Part shown: piece by piece, positions 63,293 to 64,000 of the stretch | Numbering within the stretch: the first letter of the stretch is position 1 | How the letters are laid out: the number at the start of each line of letters is the position of its first letter | Origin: Myxococcota bacterium | GTDB taxonomy: Bacteria; Myxococcota_A; UBA9160; UBA4427 | DNA length: 64,000 nt | Direction of reading: 5' to 3' | Assembly: GCA_965250285.1 (NCBI GenBank) | Contig: OZ252299.1 | Location: 6,112,001-6,176,000 of the forward strand | The notes under the pieces: model-generated | The model's input: the letters and a program-made list of their open reading frames with translations, nothing else | Told to the model about the DNA's origin: nothing | Database searches by the model: none | Program-made: the position numbers and the translations under genes

Positions 63293-64000
63293 GTGAAAGG
63301 GGAGCGACTGGACCCGTCGAAGCCGCCCGTCGTGATCGCGCACCGCGGTGCGTCGGGGGAGCTGCCCGAGAACACGATGCCCGCCTATGAAAGCGCCGTC
63401 GCGCAGCGTGCGGACATGATCGAGATCGATCTGCACCTCACCACCGATCAGGCGATCGTGATCAGCCACGACGCCGAGCTCGATCACTTCGGGCGCAGCG
63501 GATTCATCGGCGATCTGAGCCGGGCCGACGTGGCCGAGCTCGACGCGGGGCGCTCGGGCGATGCGGGCCCCCTCGCCGTCCCCGAGCTGCCTGCCGTGCT
63601 CGACCAGTTCGGCCAGCGGGTGCCGTTCAACCTCGAGATCAAGCGGGGCGAGCACGCCGTGTATGCGGGTCTCGAAGCGATCGTCCTCGACCAGGTCAAA
63701 CGCCGCGGGCTGCTCGAGCCCACGCTCTTCTCGTCGTTCTTCGACCCGGTGCTGAGCGAGCTGCGACGCCTCGAGCCCGCTTCGAGGCTCGCGACGCTCG
63801 TCTCGCCACGTGCCCCCGAGCGCGCGTTCGAGCGTGCCGAGCAAGTCGGTGCCGAGGCGATCAATCCGCACTTCGTGCTCGCTTCGGGCGACTTCGTGAC
63901 CGAAGCCCACGCACGCGGCCTCGCGGTCTTCGTCTATACGGTCGACGACGAGGCGCAGATGGGTGAGCTGCTCGATCGCGGCGTCGACGGTCTCTTCACG
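63293..64000 (+). CDS. Glycerophosphodiester phosphodiesterase (runs off the window)
   Basis: Not in the ORF track; translated by eye from GTG 63293: VIAHRGASGELPENT, IEIDLHLT, ISHD, NLEIK, SSF, VYTVDD, GVDGLFT. Confidence 0.9.
   Translation, partial: MKGERLDPSKPPVVIAHRGASGELPENTMPAYESAVAQRADMIEIDLHLTTDQAIVISHDAELDHFGRSGFIGDLSRADVAELDAGRSGDAGPLAVPELPAVLDQFGQRVPFNLEIKRGEHAVYAGLEAIVLDQVKRRGLLEPTLFSSFFDPVLSELRRLEPASRLATLVSPRAPERAFERAEQVGAEAINPHFVLASGDFVTEAHARGLAVFVYTVDDEAQMGELLDRGVDGLFT

Overview
High-GC bacterial chromosome segment. Gene content and order suggest a deltaproteobacterial/Myxococcota-like lineage (inference). Bases 1-47000 are mostly core genes: a CheY-like regulator, holA, rpsT, a TPR membrane protein with a DUF4388 partner, phoH-ybeY, prfB with its +1 frameshift, lolC/E-lolD, bamA-skp, a lipid A/inner-core LPS cluster (lpxA, lpxI, a GnnA-like oxidoreductase, lpxB, a waaA-lpxK fusion, a Kdo/WaaP-type kinase, two GT9 enzymes, hldA), yicC-remA-gmk-spoT, a GT2, an msbA-like exporter, purM, a heterodimeric ABC exporter, smc, a Coq4-like gene and ftsY. 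Bases ~47200-61700 form an accessory block resembling an acid/ion-homeostasis module without a recognisable GadC: glutamate decarboxylase, ClC H+/Cl- exchanger, PoxB, FMN-binding glutamate synthase-family protein, YrhK-like membrane protein, lipoproteins, an RND pair and a minimal K+ channel. glpK and a truncated GDPD follow. The most unusual non-gene signals are three. (1) A 77-bp tandem array between spoT and the GT2 gene encodes three 26-codon mini-ORFs chained by (A/G)TGA overlaps, a MIRU-like architecture. (2) A ~196-bp TA-flanked inverted-repeat element sits exactly in a stop/start junction, regenerating the upstream stop and supplying an SD-like tract. (3) Short tandem duplications recur at gene starts and stops. 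No rRNA, tRNA, CRISPR array, integrase or transposase was recognised. All product calls come from visual motif recognition, not database searches.
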